Origin: Gemmatimonadaceae bacterium
Lineage (GTDB): Bacteria; Gemmatimonadota; Gemmatimonadetes; Gemmatimonadales; Gemmatimonadaceae
Reading direction: 5' to 3'
DNA: 64,000 nucleotides
Assembly (NCBI GenBank): GCA_035273185.1
Contig: DATEPM010000180.1
Location: forward strand, 105-64,104
Of the stretch, positions 47,955 through 57,289 are shown piece after piece. The stretch's first letter is position 1. Each line of letters starts with the position of its first letter. The notes under the pieces are model-generated. The model was not told the DNA's origin. It saw only the letters and a program-made list of their open reading frames with translations, and did not search any database. The position numbers and the translations under genes were made by a program.

Positions 47955-49510
47955 GCGGGATTCGCGCACCGCGTCAGCGCCGGGCCTTGCTGGCCGGCCT
48001 CATCGTCCTGCTCTGGCTGGCCGGTCTGGGCTTCCTGGTGCGGCGCGAATACTTCCGACCCAGCGCCGAGCGGCTGGCGCAGACGGGGATGCGCATCACG
48101 CCGAACGCGCTGTTCTACGCCGTCATGCAGGGCGACCGCCAGATCGGCTTCGCCTCGTCCACGCTGGACACCGCGGCCACGACCATCTCGGCCGACGACT
48201 ATCTGACGGCGGATCTTCCGGTGGGGGGACGGACGCACCGCGCGACGGCCCATACCCACGTGGTGCTCACCCGGGCGTTCCATACCAAAGCATTCATCGT
48301 CACGGTGAACGCCGACGGCGGTCCGATGAGCGTACGCGGCCGGGTGCTCGGCGATTCCGTGCTGGCGCTGCGCATCGAGACCGGCGGCGACACGGCCGCC
48401 GAGCAGCGCTACCCGCTGACCGGGCCGATCCTGCTGCCGTCGCTGGTGCCGCTGGCCATCGCGCTCGGCGAGCGGCCGAGCGTGGGCCGGCGGTACGCGC
48501 TGTTGGTCTTCGATCCCATGGGCATGATGCCCCGGGAGATCTCCGTCGAGGTCCGGGCCGAGAGCTCTTTCGTGGTGCACGACAGCTCCGCGTTCGACCG
48601 GGGCAGCAACCGCTGGCGCGCGGTGCTGCCCGACACCCTGCACGCCTTCGAGCTGGCGACGGCCGCGGGCGCCGGGGGAGCGGCCTTCTCCGGCTGGGTG
48701 GACGACCAGGGGCGCGTCGTGCAGACGGCGCAGCTGGGCTTCGAGCTGCGGCGGCTGCCGTACGAGGTGGCATTCGAGAACTGGCGGCTGGCGCGCGGCA
48801 CGGCATCGCGGGCGGCCCCCGTGGCGCGCGCGCACGACATCCTGGAGACTACCGCGATCGCCGCCAGCCGCGCGCCGCGTGATTCCGTGGAGCGACTGCG
48901 GGTGTTATTGGAGAATGCTCAACTCGCCGGCTTCGATCTGGCGGGCGGACGGCAGCGGCTGAGTGGCGACACCCTGACCATCACGCAGGAGGGCCCGCGC
49001 GCGCTGCAGGCGCATTACCTGCTACCCTTCTCCGGGCGCCGCTCCCCCTTCACGCGCGCCGAGCCGCTCATCGAGAGCGACGCCCCGGAGATCCGCCAGC
49101 TGGCCGCGCGCATCGTGGGCGGCGAGCAGGACCCGCTCACGGCGGCGCAGCTCATCAACCGCTGGGTGCATGACTCGCTGCGCAAGAAGGTGACGCTCGG
49201 CATCCCCGACGCGCTGCGCGTGCTGCACGCGCGCGCGGGCGACTGCAACGAGCATACGCAGCTGTACGTGGCGCTGGCGCGCGCCGCGGGGCTGCCGGCG
49301 CGCGTCGCCGCGGGGGTCGCCTTCGTGGACGGCAAGTTCTACTATCACGCCTGGCCCGAGGTGCTGCTGGGCAGCTGGGTGGCGGTGGACCCCACCTTCG
49401 GCCAGTTCCCCGCCGATGCCGCCCATCTCCGGTTCACCGTGGGCGGTCTGGGACGCCAGGCCGAGTTGCTTCGTCTTATGGGGAGACTGAGGATCGAAGT
49501 GCTCGACTGA
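47951..49510 (+). CDS. membrane-anchored transglutaminase-like (cysteine protease fold) protein
   Basis: GTG 47951 overlaps the macro-gene stop. N-terminal TM segment LLAGLIVLLWLAGLGFLV. C-terminal TGase core RAGDCNEHTQLYVALARAAGLPARV....YHAWPEV...WVAVDP. Confidence 0.75.
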   Translation: MSGIRAPRQRRALLAGLIVLLWLAGLGFLVRREYFRPSAERLAQTGMRITPNALFYAVMQGDRQIGFASSTLDTAATTISADDYLTADLPVGGRTHRATAHTHVVLTRAFHTKAFIVTVNADGGPMSVRGRVLGDSVLALRIETGGDTAAEQRYPLTGPILLPSLVPLAIALGERPSVGRRYALLVFDPMGMMPREISVEVRAESSFVVHDSSAFDRGSNRWRAVLPDTLHAFELATAAGAGGAAFSGWVDDQGRVVQTAQLGFELRRLPYEVAFENWRLARGTASRAAPVARAHDILETTAIAASRAPRDSVERLRVLLENAQLAGFDLAGGRQRLSGDTLTITQEGPRALQAHYLLPFSGRRSPFTRAEPLIESDAPEIRQLAARIVGGEQDPLTAAQLINRWVHDSLRKKVTLGIPDALRVLHARAGDCNEHTQLYVALARAAGLPARVAAGVAFVDGKFYYHAWPEVLLGSWVAVDPTFGQFPADAAHLRFTVGGLGRQAELLRLMGRLRIEVLD

Positions 49511-49573
49511 GTCCGAGGGCTCCGTGCCCGTCGTTCCTGCCTGACGGGTTCCCCGCCTCGCCGAAAGACCGAC

Positions 49574-50332
49574 ATGATCAAGCTCACCGCTCTGACCAAG
49601 CGCTACGGCAGCTTCACGGCCGTCGACGCGATCGACCTGGACGTACCGCGCGGGGAGCTGTTCGGCTTTCTGGGCCCGAACGGCGCGGGAAAGACTACCA
49701 CCCTGCGCATGATCGCGGGCATCCTGCGCCCCACCAGCGGGCGCGTGGAGATCGGCGGCGTGGATATCACCGTGTCGCCGATCGCGGCCAAGGCGAAGCT
49801 CGGCTTCATCCCCGACCGGCCGTTCATCTACGAGAAGCTCACCGGGGCGGAGTTCCTGCGCTTCGTGGCAGGACTGTACGACCAGGGCGGGCCACAGGTG
49901 GAGCATCGCGCGCGCGAGCTGCTCGCGCTCTTCGACCTGGAGCAGTGGCGCGACGAGCTGGTGGAGAGCTACAGCCACGGCATGCGCCAGAAGCTCATCA
50001 TCTCCAGCGCGCTCGTGCATCGCCCCGAGGTGATCGTCGTGGACGAGCCGATGGTGGGGCTGGACCCGAAGGCAGCGCGCATCCTCAAGGATCTCTTCCG
50101 CGAGTACACGCGGCGCGGGCACACCGTCATGATGTCCACGCATGCACTGGAGGTGGCCGAGGCGATGTGCGACCGCATCGGCATCGTGCAGGCCGGCAAG
50201 ATCCGCGCGTGCGGCACGATGGACGAGCTGCGCGCCGATGCGGCCAGCGGCACGGCGGGCCTGGAGGATGTTTTCCTGCGGCTCACCGGCGAGAACGCGG
50301 CGCGCGAGCTGGTGAACGTGCTCGATGCGTGA
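49574..50332 (+). CDS. ABC transporter ATP-binding protein
   Basis: Walker A GPNGAGKTT, signature YSHGMRQKL, Walker B VIVVDEP. Confidence 0.9.
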   Translation: MIKLTALTKRYGSFTAVDAIDLDVPRGELFGFLGPNGAGKTTTLRMIAGILRPTSGRVEIGGVDITVSPIAAKAKLGFIPDRPFIYEKLTGAEFLRFVAGLYDQGGPQVEHRARELLALFDLEQWRDELVESYSHGMRQKLIISSALVHRPEVIVVDEPMVGLDPKAARILKDLFREYTRRGHTVMMSTHALEVAEAMCDRIGIVQAGKIRACGTMDELRADAASGTAGLEDVFLRLTGENAARELVNVLDA

Positions 50333-52016
50333 CCCCAACCCGTCCCTCTGGCATCTGCTGCTCCCGAAGCTGATCACGGCACGGGTGCGGGCGCTGGCGG
50401 GCGAGCGCGGACGTGCCGCACGCTTCACCGTGCTGGCCATCGTCGGTTCGCTCTTCTGGGCGTTCATCTTTGTCGTCGTCTTCCGGCTGCTGCGCTACTT
50501 CAAGGGCGTGCAGGAGATCGGGCCGTTGCTGGCGGGCAAGCTGCTGGGGCTCATTCTGGTGGGCTTCTTCGGCATCCTGCTGCTGTCCAACGTGATCACC
50601 GCACTCTCGAGCTACTTTCTGGCGCGCGACCTGGATCTCCTGGTGGCCGCGCCGGTGGACTGGCTGGAGCTGTACTGCGCGAAGCTCGCGGAGACGCTGG
50701 TGCACTCGAGCTGGATGGTGGTGCTGATGGCGGTGCCGCTCTTCGCCGCGTACGGCGTGGTCTACGATGGCGGTCCGCTGTATCCGCTGGTGGCGCTGGC
50801 GCTTTTCCTTCCCTTCCTGCTCATCCCCACGGCAATCGGCAGCGCCGTCACGCTCGTGCTGGTGAACGTCTTTCCGGCACGCCGCACGCGCGACATCCTG
50901 AGCGTCATCGCGGTGCTTGCCGCGGGCGGCGTGGTGCTGCTCTTCCGGCTGGTGCGCCCCGAGCGGCTGGCGCGGCCGGAGGGCTTCCGCTCGCTGGTGG
51001 ACTTCATCACGATCCTGCGCACGCCCACCTCGCCCTTCCTGCCCAGTGAGTGGGTGCAGCGCGGGACGATGTCGTGGCTCACGGTGAAGACCGATCTGCT
51101 GCCACACTACCTGCTCTGGTCCACTGCGGCGGCAGCGATCGTGGCGGGCGCGGCGCTGCACCGCTGGCTGTACGCCAGGGGCTACACCAAGGCGCAGGAG
51201 AGCGCCCAACGCTGGGCGCGCGGCGGCGCCATGCGGCGCATTGCCGACTGGCTGCTCGCGCCGGCCGGGGTGCTGCGGCGCGAGCTGGTGCTCAAGGAGC
51301 TGCGGCTCTTCTTTCGCGACACCACCCAGTGGTCGCAGCTGGTGCTGCTGGCCGTGCTCGTCGTGGTATATGTCTTCAACATCAAGTTCCTGCCGCTCCG
51401 CGGCGACGGCATGACCTTCTTTCTCGTGAACGTCGTGCCCTTTCTGAATCTGGTGCTGGCGGGATTCGTGCTCGCCTCCATCGCCGCGCGCTTCATCTTC
51501 CCCGGCGTAAGCCTGGAGGGGCGCACGCTCTGGCTGTTGCGCTCCAGCCCCATGGCCATGCGCGATCTGCTCTGGGCCAAGTTCTGGGTGGGTACGCTTC
51601 CGCTGCTCGTGCTCGCGGTGGGGATCGTCGGCGTCACCGATTATCTGCTGCAGGTGAGCGAGTTCATGTTCCTGGTGTCGATCTTCTCCATCGTGTTCAT
51701 GACGCTGGCGCTGGCGGGGCTCGCGCTGGGCTTCGGGGTGCTGTTCCCGCAGTTCGAGACGGAGAACGCGGCGCAGATCCCGACGTCTTTCGGCGGCCTG
51801 CTGTTCATGATGACCGCCGTTGCCCTGATCGGCGGCGTGGTGGTGCTGGAGGCGCGCCCTGTATACGCCTATCTCGGCGCCCGCGCGTTCGGCACGCATG
51901 CCGACCCAGCCGAGATGCTGTTCGGCTTCGCCGCTGCCGCCCTGCTGTGCCTCGCGTCCACGCTGGTGCCGATCCGCGTGGCGCTCACGAGGCTCGAGGC
52001 AGTCGAGCGAGGCTAG
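50325..52016 (+). CDS. polytopic ABC-exporter permease-like membrane protein
   Basis: 563 aa with more than 10 hydrophobic segments. Overlaps the ATPase gene by 8 nt. Confidence 0.7.
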   Translation: MRDPNPSLWHLLLPKLITARVRALAGERGRAARFTVLAIVGSLFWAFIFVVVFRLLRYFKGVQEIGPLLAGKLLGLILVGFFGILLLSNVITALSSYFLARDLDLLVAAPVDWLELYCAKLAETLVHSSWMVVLMAVPLFAAYGVVYDGGPLYPLVALALFLPFLLIPTAIGSAVTLVLVNVFPARRTRDILSVIAVLAAGGVVLLFRLVRPERLARPEGFRSLVDFITILRTPTSPFLPSEWVQRGTMSWLTVKTDLLPHYLLWSTAAAAIVAGAALHRWLYARGYTKAQESAQRWARGGAMRRIADWLLAPAGVLRRELVLKELRLFFRDTTQWSQLVLLAVLVVVYVFNIKFLPLRGDGMTFFLVNVVPFLNLVLAGFVLASIAARFIFPGVSLEGRTLWLLRSSPMAMRDLLWAKFWVGTLPLLVLAVGIVGVTDYLLQVSEFMFLVSIFSIVFMTLALAGLALGFGVLFPQFETENAAQIPTSFGGLLFMMTAVALIGGVVVLEARPVYAYLGARAFGTHADPAEMLFGFAAAALLCLASTLVPIRVALTRLEAVERG

Positions 52017-52038
52017 GCAACGCTCGTCCGTACACGTC

Positions 52039-53481
52039 CTATGGCAGTCTCCAGATATTCAGCACTCCGCTGGTGGAGCGGCTGTTGGCGCTGCCCTCGG
52101 GCAGGGCGATGCGGCCGTCCGCGACGATAGGGCTGTTCCAGTGGCCGCTGCCGCTTTGGAGCGAGCCCACCTGACGCCCCGACGTGGGGTCGTACACCCG
52201 CAGCACGCCGCCGGGGTCGTACACGTAGAGCAGGCCCCCGGCCACCACGGGGCTCGTCCCCGCGTTGCCGTTGCTCCACGCCGGCGCCAGGCGCCCGCCG
52301 CTGTAGGTCCACGCCGCGGTGCCGCCGCCGTCGGCAGCGATCAGCCACACCCCATCGGCGCGGTGCAGCACGACGGGCGCCGTGAAGAGATCTCCTCCAG
52401 AGGGGGTCGACACGCTCTGTGCCTCGCCCCCCCGGTGCGGCGCGGCGCCGGACGCCGCCTGCAGATCCACGACTCGTATATGTCCGTCCTTTCCGCCCTG
52501 CGCCACGTGCGTCGCGTCGAGCAGCACCGGCGAAGTGGACCCGAGGTCGGCGTCGCTCGCGTCGAGCACGTCGGTGTTCTGCGGCGTGTAGTTGGCGAGA
52601 ATGCGGCTAGCGCCGGGGTCCAGCTCGATGATGGCATCCCCCCAGTTGGCTCCGCCGTCCCAGTGGCCGTTGCCAGTGGCGACGAAGATGTTGCCCGTGG
52701 CGGGATCCACCACCGCACCCGCTCGTCCCCAGATAGCCGAGCCGCTCTGCGCGCACGAGGTGGGGTCGAGCAGCCCCGCGCGATCGCTGCAGAGTGAGTT
52801 CCACGCGCTGGTGAGCTTCCCCGTCGCCGCGTCGAGCACGGCGACGTGTCCCTGGTACGCGGGAGCGTCGCCGACATAACCTCCGGTGGCGATGATCACG
52901 TGGCCGCGGGAAAAGTTGAGCGGCGACGCGAGCTTCTCGCGCTGCGGCAGCTGCGTGACCGCCGTGCTCCAGACGACGTGCCCATCGGCGACAGCGAGCT
53001 TCTGCACGTTGCCGTCCGGCGAGGCCGCGTAGATGGCCGTTCGGTCGGGGTCAGCGACAGGCGTGGCGTTGGTGATGCGGGGGGTCCCCACCATCTGCCC
53101 GTAGGTCGCCGGCGTGAAGCGCCAGAGAACCGTGCCGTCGCCCGCGTCGATCGCGAGCGTCTTCCCGTACGTGGTGGTCACGAAGAACACGTCGTGCGCC
53201 GCACCGCCCACTTCTACATCGTGCAGGTAGATGGCCGACGCGTCCACGGTGCCGTCGATCTGCACGCGCTGCAGCCGCAGCGCGGGAAGCGCAGCGGCGC
53301 TGATTCCCGTCGCGGAATCGAACACCCCTGAGCGCGCCTCGTCCACGTCGAATTGCGTCCAGTCGTGGCCGGACACCGTCGGATTCGGCTGGTGCGAGCT
53401 GGTATCGGAGCCCCGAGAGGCGGTGGAGGCACCGCAGGAGGCCAGCAGCGCGAATGCGCAGAGTCGGACGAGAGGCGACAT
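52039..53481 (-). CDS. PQQ-like/BamB-like beta-propeller repeat protein (secreted or lipoprotein)
   Basis: MSPLVRLCAFALLASCGAS lipobox-like signal, followed by repeated ...G.V.A.DA.TG...W... blades. The track ORF was trimmed to ATG 53481. Confidence 0.72.
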   Translation of the reverse strand: MSPLVRLCAFALLASCGASTASRGSDTSSHQPNPTVSGHDWTQFDVDEARSGVFDSATGISAAALPALRLQRVQIDGTVDASAIYLHDVEVGGAAHDVFFVTTTYGKTLAIDAGDGTVLWRFTPATYGQMVGTPRITNATPVADPDRTAIYAASPDGNVQKLAVADGHVVWSTAVTQLPQREKLASPLNFSRGHVIIATGGYVGDAPAYQGHVAVLDAATGKLTSAWNSLCSDRAGLLDPTSCAQSGSAIWGRAGAVVDPATGNIFVATGNGHWDGGANWGDAIIELDPGASRILANYTPQNTDVLDASDADLGSTSPVLLDATHVAQGGKDGHIRVVDLQAASGAAPHRGGEAQSVSTPSGGDLFTAPVVLHRADGVWLIAADGGGTAAWTYSGGRLAPAWSNGNAGTSPVVAGGLLYVYDPGGVLRVYDPTSGRQVGSLQSGSGHWNSPIVADGRIALPEGSANSRSTSGVLNIWRLP

Positions 53482-53645
53482 GGGGAACCCACGGGGCGGC
53501 CGGTGGTCGGAATCGAACTGCCGGAACTTGCCACCCGCCGGAGTGGCGTTCAAGGCAAGGTGACCGCGTTCCGCGTGCCAGGGTCGGATTCTGCGCGGTG
53601 CATCAGGCCGCGTCCCACCCACCACTTCCGCCAGAGGAAGGCCCC

Positions 53646-53993
53646 ATGAAGCGTCTCTCGTTGATTGCGGCGGCACTCCTGTTCGTCGCCGCGCCACACG
53701 TGCACGCCCAGGCTGCCCAGCAGCAGGGCGCGAAGAAGGCCGATGGCGCCGTCGCGGTGAACAAGACCGCGCACGCCGCGCGCTCCGCACCAAAGGCCGC
53801 CGTGCAGACCGCGATGGCTCCCGTCGATACGGCCAAGAAGGCCAGAACGCACAAATCCGCCAAAGCCGCGAAGTCCGCAAAGATGGCGAGTGCGCCGAAG
53901 GCTGCGAAGGACTCCACGGCCAAGCCGAAGACCACCGCGCACGCCCGCCGTCACCGGAAGGCCAAGGCGGACACGGCGAAGAAGGGCTCGTAG
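53646..53993 (+). CDS. secreted Ala/Lys-rich low-complexity protein
   Basis: MKRLSLIAAALLFVAAPHVHAQ signal peptide, then AKKA/KAAK-type repeats. Trimmed from track ORF 53454.. Confidence 0.5.
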   Translation: MKRLSLIAAALLFVAAPHVHAQAAQQQGAKKADGAVAVNKTAHAARSAPKAAVQTAMAPVDTAKKARTHKSAKAAKSAKMASAPKAAKDSTAKPKTTAHARRHRKAKADTAKKGS

Positions 53994-54016
53994 GGCTTTC
54001 CGGCGGAAACCATACG

Positions 54017-54051
54017 GCGACGCCCCGGCGAGCACATCGCCGGGGCGTCGC
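54017..54051. terminator. perfect 15-bp stem / 5-nt loop hairpin between convergent genes
   Basis: GCGACGCCCCGGCGA gcaca TCGCCGGGGCGTCGC. Confidence 0.6.
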
Positions 54052-54078
54052 TGCGTTCCACTGGTCTCGGCGGCGCTT

Positions 54079-54582
54079 TCAGGCCGCCAGTCGATGGCCA
54101 CAGGCACTGCAGAATCGCGCGCCGGGCTCCGCCACGTGCGCTCCGCACCGCTCGCACGCACTCCGCAGGAATTTGCCGCAGCTGGAACAGAACACGGCAT
54201 CCTGCTCGGGGCGCGGGCCGCAGGAGGCGCACACGGGGTGTTGTGCGCGATACGCCAGCACGGCGGCCTCGATCTCCACATCGGTTGCGCCCCCCACCGG
54301 AGTGGTCGGCTGCTCGCGCCGCATGGCCGCGATGGCCTCGTGGGTGTAGCGGTCCTTGAGCTGCCCGTAGTCCGCCTCGGACAGCTTGCCGGTGGCGCGG
54401 TCGAATTCGATCTCGCGCAGGGCGGCCACCGCCAGCTCCTTGCCGCCGGCCGCCTGACGCACCGGCTCCGACGGAAGCATCGTCGCGGGCGTGCCGAAGA
54501 AGAGGGGATACAGCACGAACGCCAGTGCGCCTACGGCGAGCAGCGTGCCGAGCACCAGCGCTGCCACCGCCGCGCTCATCAC
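54079..54582 (-). CDS. membrane-anchored protein with a CcmI-like N-terminus and a C-terminal double zinc ribbon
   Basis: N-terminal TM segment AAVAALVLGTLLAVGALAFVLYPLF. C-terminal CASCG...CSSCG...CERCG...CSACG. Its start overlaps the ccmH stop. Confidence 0.55.
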   Translation of the reverse strand: MMSAAVAALVLGTLLAVGALAFVLYPLFFGTPATMLPSEPVRQAAGGKELAVAALREIEFDRATGKLSEADYGQLKDRYTHEAIAAMRREQPTTPVGGATDVEIEAAVLAYRAQHPVCASCGPRPEQDAVFCSSCGKFLRSACERCGAHVAEPGARFCSACGHRLAA

Positions 54583-55250
54583 CCGTCCTCGCGCACGGCG
54601 GCATCCAGCCGGCGCAGCTCGTCCGCCGTCGCTTCGGGCGCCGCCCGGCTCGCGCGCCCGGCGAGTGCTCCGGGCGCGGATAGGGGCTCCGGCGTGGCCT
54701 GATGCCAGCGGCGGATGAGCGCGCCCACGCCGATCGCGCCTCCCGCGAGCGCGACGAAGGGCGCCACCCAGCCGAGCAAGTTGAAGCCCTCCTTCCGCGG
54801 TGCCATCAACGCGCGCTCGCCATATACACTAACGAATGCGTCCAGGATCTCCTGTGCCCCGTAGCCGCCCTGCACGAGCGCCATCACGTCGGCGTGCATC
54901 GCCGGCGACACCTGGCAGCTGAAGTCCGTCGTGCGGCAGGTGTACACGTCGAGCGTGCACCCGCACTGGCAGCGGATGTGGTGCTCCAGCTCGTCGCGTG
55001 CGTCGTTCGTCATCGATGGCCTCGCCCCCGGCTTGGGAGGGAGACGCACGGGGCGCGAGGCCGTCTGGTTCATCGCGAACAGGTTGGCCGAATCCAGGCT
55101 CTGCGGCGCATCCGGCTGCTGCGCCCCGAGCACGAGCACGTCGGCGACCAGCAGCCCCGCGGCCGCGCCGACCGCTGCCGCCGCGCCGTGGCCGGCGGTG
55201 CGCGCCAGAAATGCGCGCCGGGAGATCGGAGCGCCTGGTTCTCTGCTCAT
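54579..55250 (-). CDS. ccmH: cytochrome c biogenesis protein CcmH/NrfF-like, with a twin-arginine-type leader
   Basis: LEHHIRCQCGCTLDVYTC....VSPAMHADVMALVQGGYGAQEILDAFVSVYGERAL plus a C-terminal TM segment. The N-terminus carries SRRAFLARTAG. ATG 55250 overlaps the ccmF stop. Confidence 0.78.
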   Translation of the reverse strand: MSREPGAPISRRAFLARTAGHGAAAAVGAAAGLLVADVLVLGAQQPDAPQSLDSANLFAMNQTASRPVRLPPKPGARPSMTNDARDELEHHIRCQCGCTLDVYTCRTTDFSCQVSPAMHADVMALVQGGYGAQEILDAFVSVYGERALMAPRKEGFNLLGWVAPFVALAGGAIGVGALIRRWHQATPEPLSAPGALAGRASRAAPEATADELRRLDAAVREDG

Positions 55251-57289
55251 GCTCCCACCGCCGCCTCCTCGCGTGGCTCCGCCGCGGCCGGCGGGAGCAC
55301 CGACACGTAACCTCCCTGCACGCGCCGCCGGCGCTCCGCCTGCGGCCACATCACCACCAGGCCGCCGATCATCATCAGGTAGCCGCCAGTCCACACCCAC
55401 ACCACCAGCGGGTTGAAGGTGATCCGCATCTCCGCCACGTCGCCGCGCACGCCGGCCAGCACCACGTACGTGTCCATCCGTGCGGTGTAGTGGATGCCCA
55501 CCTCGGTCACCGGCTCGAACGTGGGACGCTCGGCGCTGTCGAAGTACTGCCGCTTCTCGGAGGTGATGATCCCCACCGGCTTCCCATCGCGCGTGGCCTC
55601 GAGCGCCACTCCGGTGGACAGCCGGTTGAGCCGCTTCTCCGTGGACACGCCCTGGCTCACGAAGCGCCAGTGGCGGCCGTAGGGATCAGTGGTCTCGAAT
55701 GCCTGTCCCGCGCGAAGGCTGATATCGTGCTCCGTCTTAAACGCCAGCCCCGCGAACGCGGCGAACACCAGCACGATGCCCGCGTGGACGATGTAGCCGC
55801 CGTAGCGGCGGCGGTTGCGCGCCACCAGGTGCACGAAGGCCAGCGCCGCGTTCTCGCCGTGAATCGCGCGCCGCGCACCGATGCCCTTCCAGAACTCCTG
55901 CAGGATTGTCGCGGCCACGAACCCACCGAGGATGTACGCCACCAGCGCGTACACCTCTCGCATCCCGGCGGCGAGCAGCACGACTCCGATGCTGATGCCG
56001 CAGAGCACTGGCACGATGAACTGCCGCCGGAGGTTTGCGGTCGATGCCCGGCGCCAGGCGATGAGCGGCCCCACCCCCGTGAGTGCCAGCAGGAGCAGGC
56101 CAAGGGGACGGTTCACCGCGTTGAAGAAGGGCGGCCCCACCGTGATCTTCTCGCCGCGCACCCACTCCGACAGGATGGGGAACAGCGTGCCCCACAGCAC
56201 CGTGAACGCGATGCCCACGAGCAGCAGATTGTTGTACAGGAATGCGGCCTCGCGGCTCACCATGCTCTCCAGCTCCACCCGCGCGTGCAGATCGTTCAGC
56301 CGCGTCGCCACCAGGTAGATGGTGGCTCCGGTCGCGAGGAAGAAGAAGCTGGCGAACCAGCTGCCGACGGGTGATTGCGCGAAGGAGTGCACGCTCTCGA
56401 TCACGCCGCTGCGTGTGATGAACGTGCCGAAGATGGACAGGAGGAAGGTGATGACGACGAGCACCACGTTCCACTTGCGTAGCATCCCGCGCTTCTCCTG
56501 CACCATTATGGAATGCAGGAACGCCGTGCCCGTGAGCCAGGGCAGAAAGGATGCGTTCTCCACGGGATCCCAGGCCCAGTAGCCCCCCCAGCCCAGCTCG
56601 ACGTACGCCCACCACATCCCGAGGATGATCCCGATGGTGAGAAAGAACCAGGACAGCAGCGCCCAGCGGCGCACCACGCGCAGCCATTCCGCGTCCAGCC
56701 GGCGCGTCACCAGCGCCGCGACGGCGAACGCGAATGGGATGGCGGTCGCGACGTAGCCCAGGTACAGGTTCGGCGGGTGGATCGCCATCCCCGGATTCTG
56801 GAGCTGCGGGTTCATCCCGCGTCCGTCCACCGGGATGAAGTCCAGTCGCGCGTAGGGATTCGCCTTGAAACAGGTGGTGGCCAGGAAGAACAGCAGGATG
56901 GCGCCGAGGGTGCCGGCCGCGTACGGCACCAGCTCCCGGTTGGTGCGCCGATTGGCGAAGACGGCGATCGTGGAATAGAAGGAGAGGATCAGTGCCCAGA
57001 ACAGCATCGACCCCGCCTGCCCGCTCCAGAAGGCGGTGAAGACGTACACGTTGGGCATGTTGGCGCTGATGTGCCCGGCGACATACTCCAGCGAGAAGTC
57101 GCGGCTCAGGAGCGCCGTCCACAGGCCGGCGGACGCCAGCACGATCATCACGAAGGTCGCGTAGATCGCCCGGCGCCCGCTGGCGACGAGATCGGCACGC
57201 CTGAGCGCGCCGCCGGCAAAGGACACGGTCATCGCCCAGGCCGCCATGAGCAGGGCGACCCAGAGCGAGAGCTCACCGATGAGGATCAC
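55247..57289 (-). CDS. ccmF: cytochrome c-type biogenesis heme lyase CcmF
   Basis: WWD block GWGGYWAWDPVENASFLPWL. About 15 TM segments. GTG 57289 overlaps the ccmE stop (GTGA). Confidence 0.92.
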   Translation of the reverse strand: MILIGELSLWVALLMAAWAMTVSFAGGALRRADLVASGRRAIYATFVMIVLASAGLWTALLSRDFSLEYVAGHISANMPNVYVFTAFWSGQAGSMLFWALILSFYSTIAVFANRRTNRELVPYAAGTLGAILLFFLATTCFKANPYARLDFIPVDGRGMNPQLQNPGMAIHPPNLYLGYVATAIPFAFAVAALVTRRLDAEWLRVVRRWALLSWFFLTIGIILGMWWAYVELGWGGYWAWDPVENASFLPWLTGTAFLHSIMVQEKRGMLRKWNVVLVVITFLLSIFGTFITRSGVIESVHSFAQSPVGSWFASFFFLATGATIYLVATRLNDLHARVELESMVSREAAFLYNNLLLVGIAFTVLWGTLFPILSEWVRGEKITVGPPFFNAVNRPLGLLLLALTGVGPLIAWRRASTANLRRQFIVPVLCGISIGVVLLAAGMREVYALVAYILGGFVAATILQEFWKGIGARRAIHGENAALAFVHLVARNRRRYGGYIVHAGIVLVFAAFAGLAFKTEHDISLRAGQAFETTDPYGRHWRFVSQGVSTEKRLNRLSTGVALEATRDGKPVGIITSEKRQYFDSAERPTFEPVTEVGIHYTARMDTYVVLAGVRGDVAEMRITFNPLVVWVWTGGYLMMIGGLVVMWPQAERRRRVQGGYVSVLPPAAAEPREEAAVGA

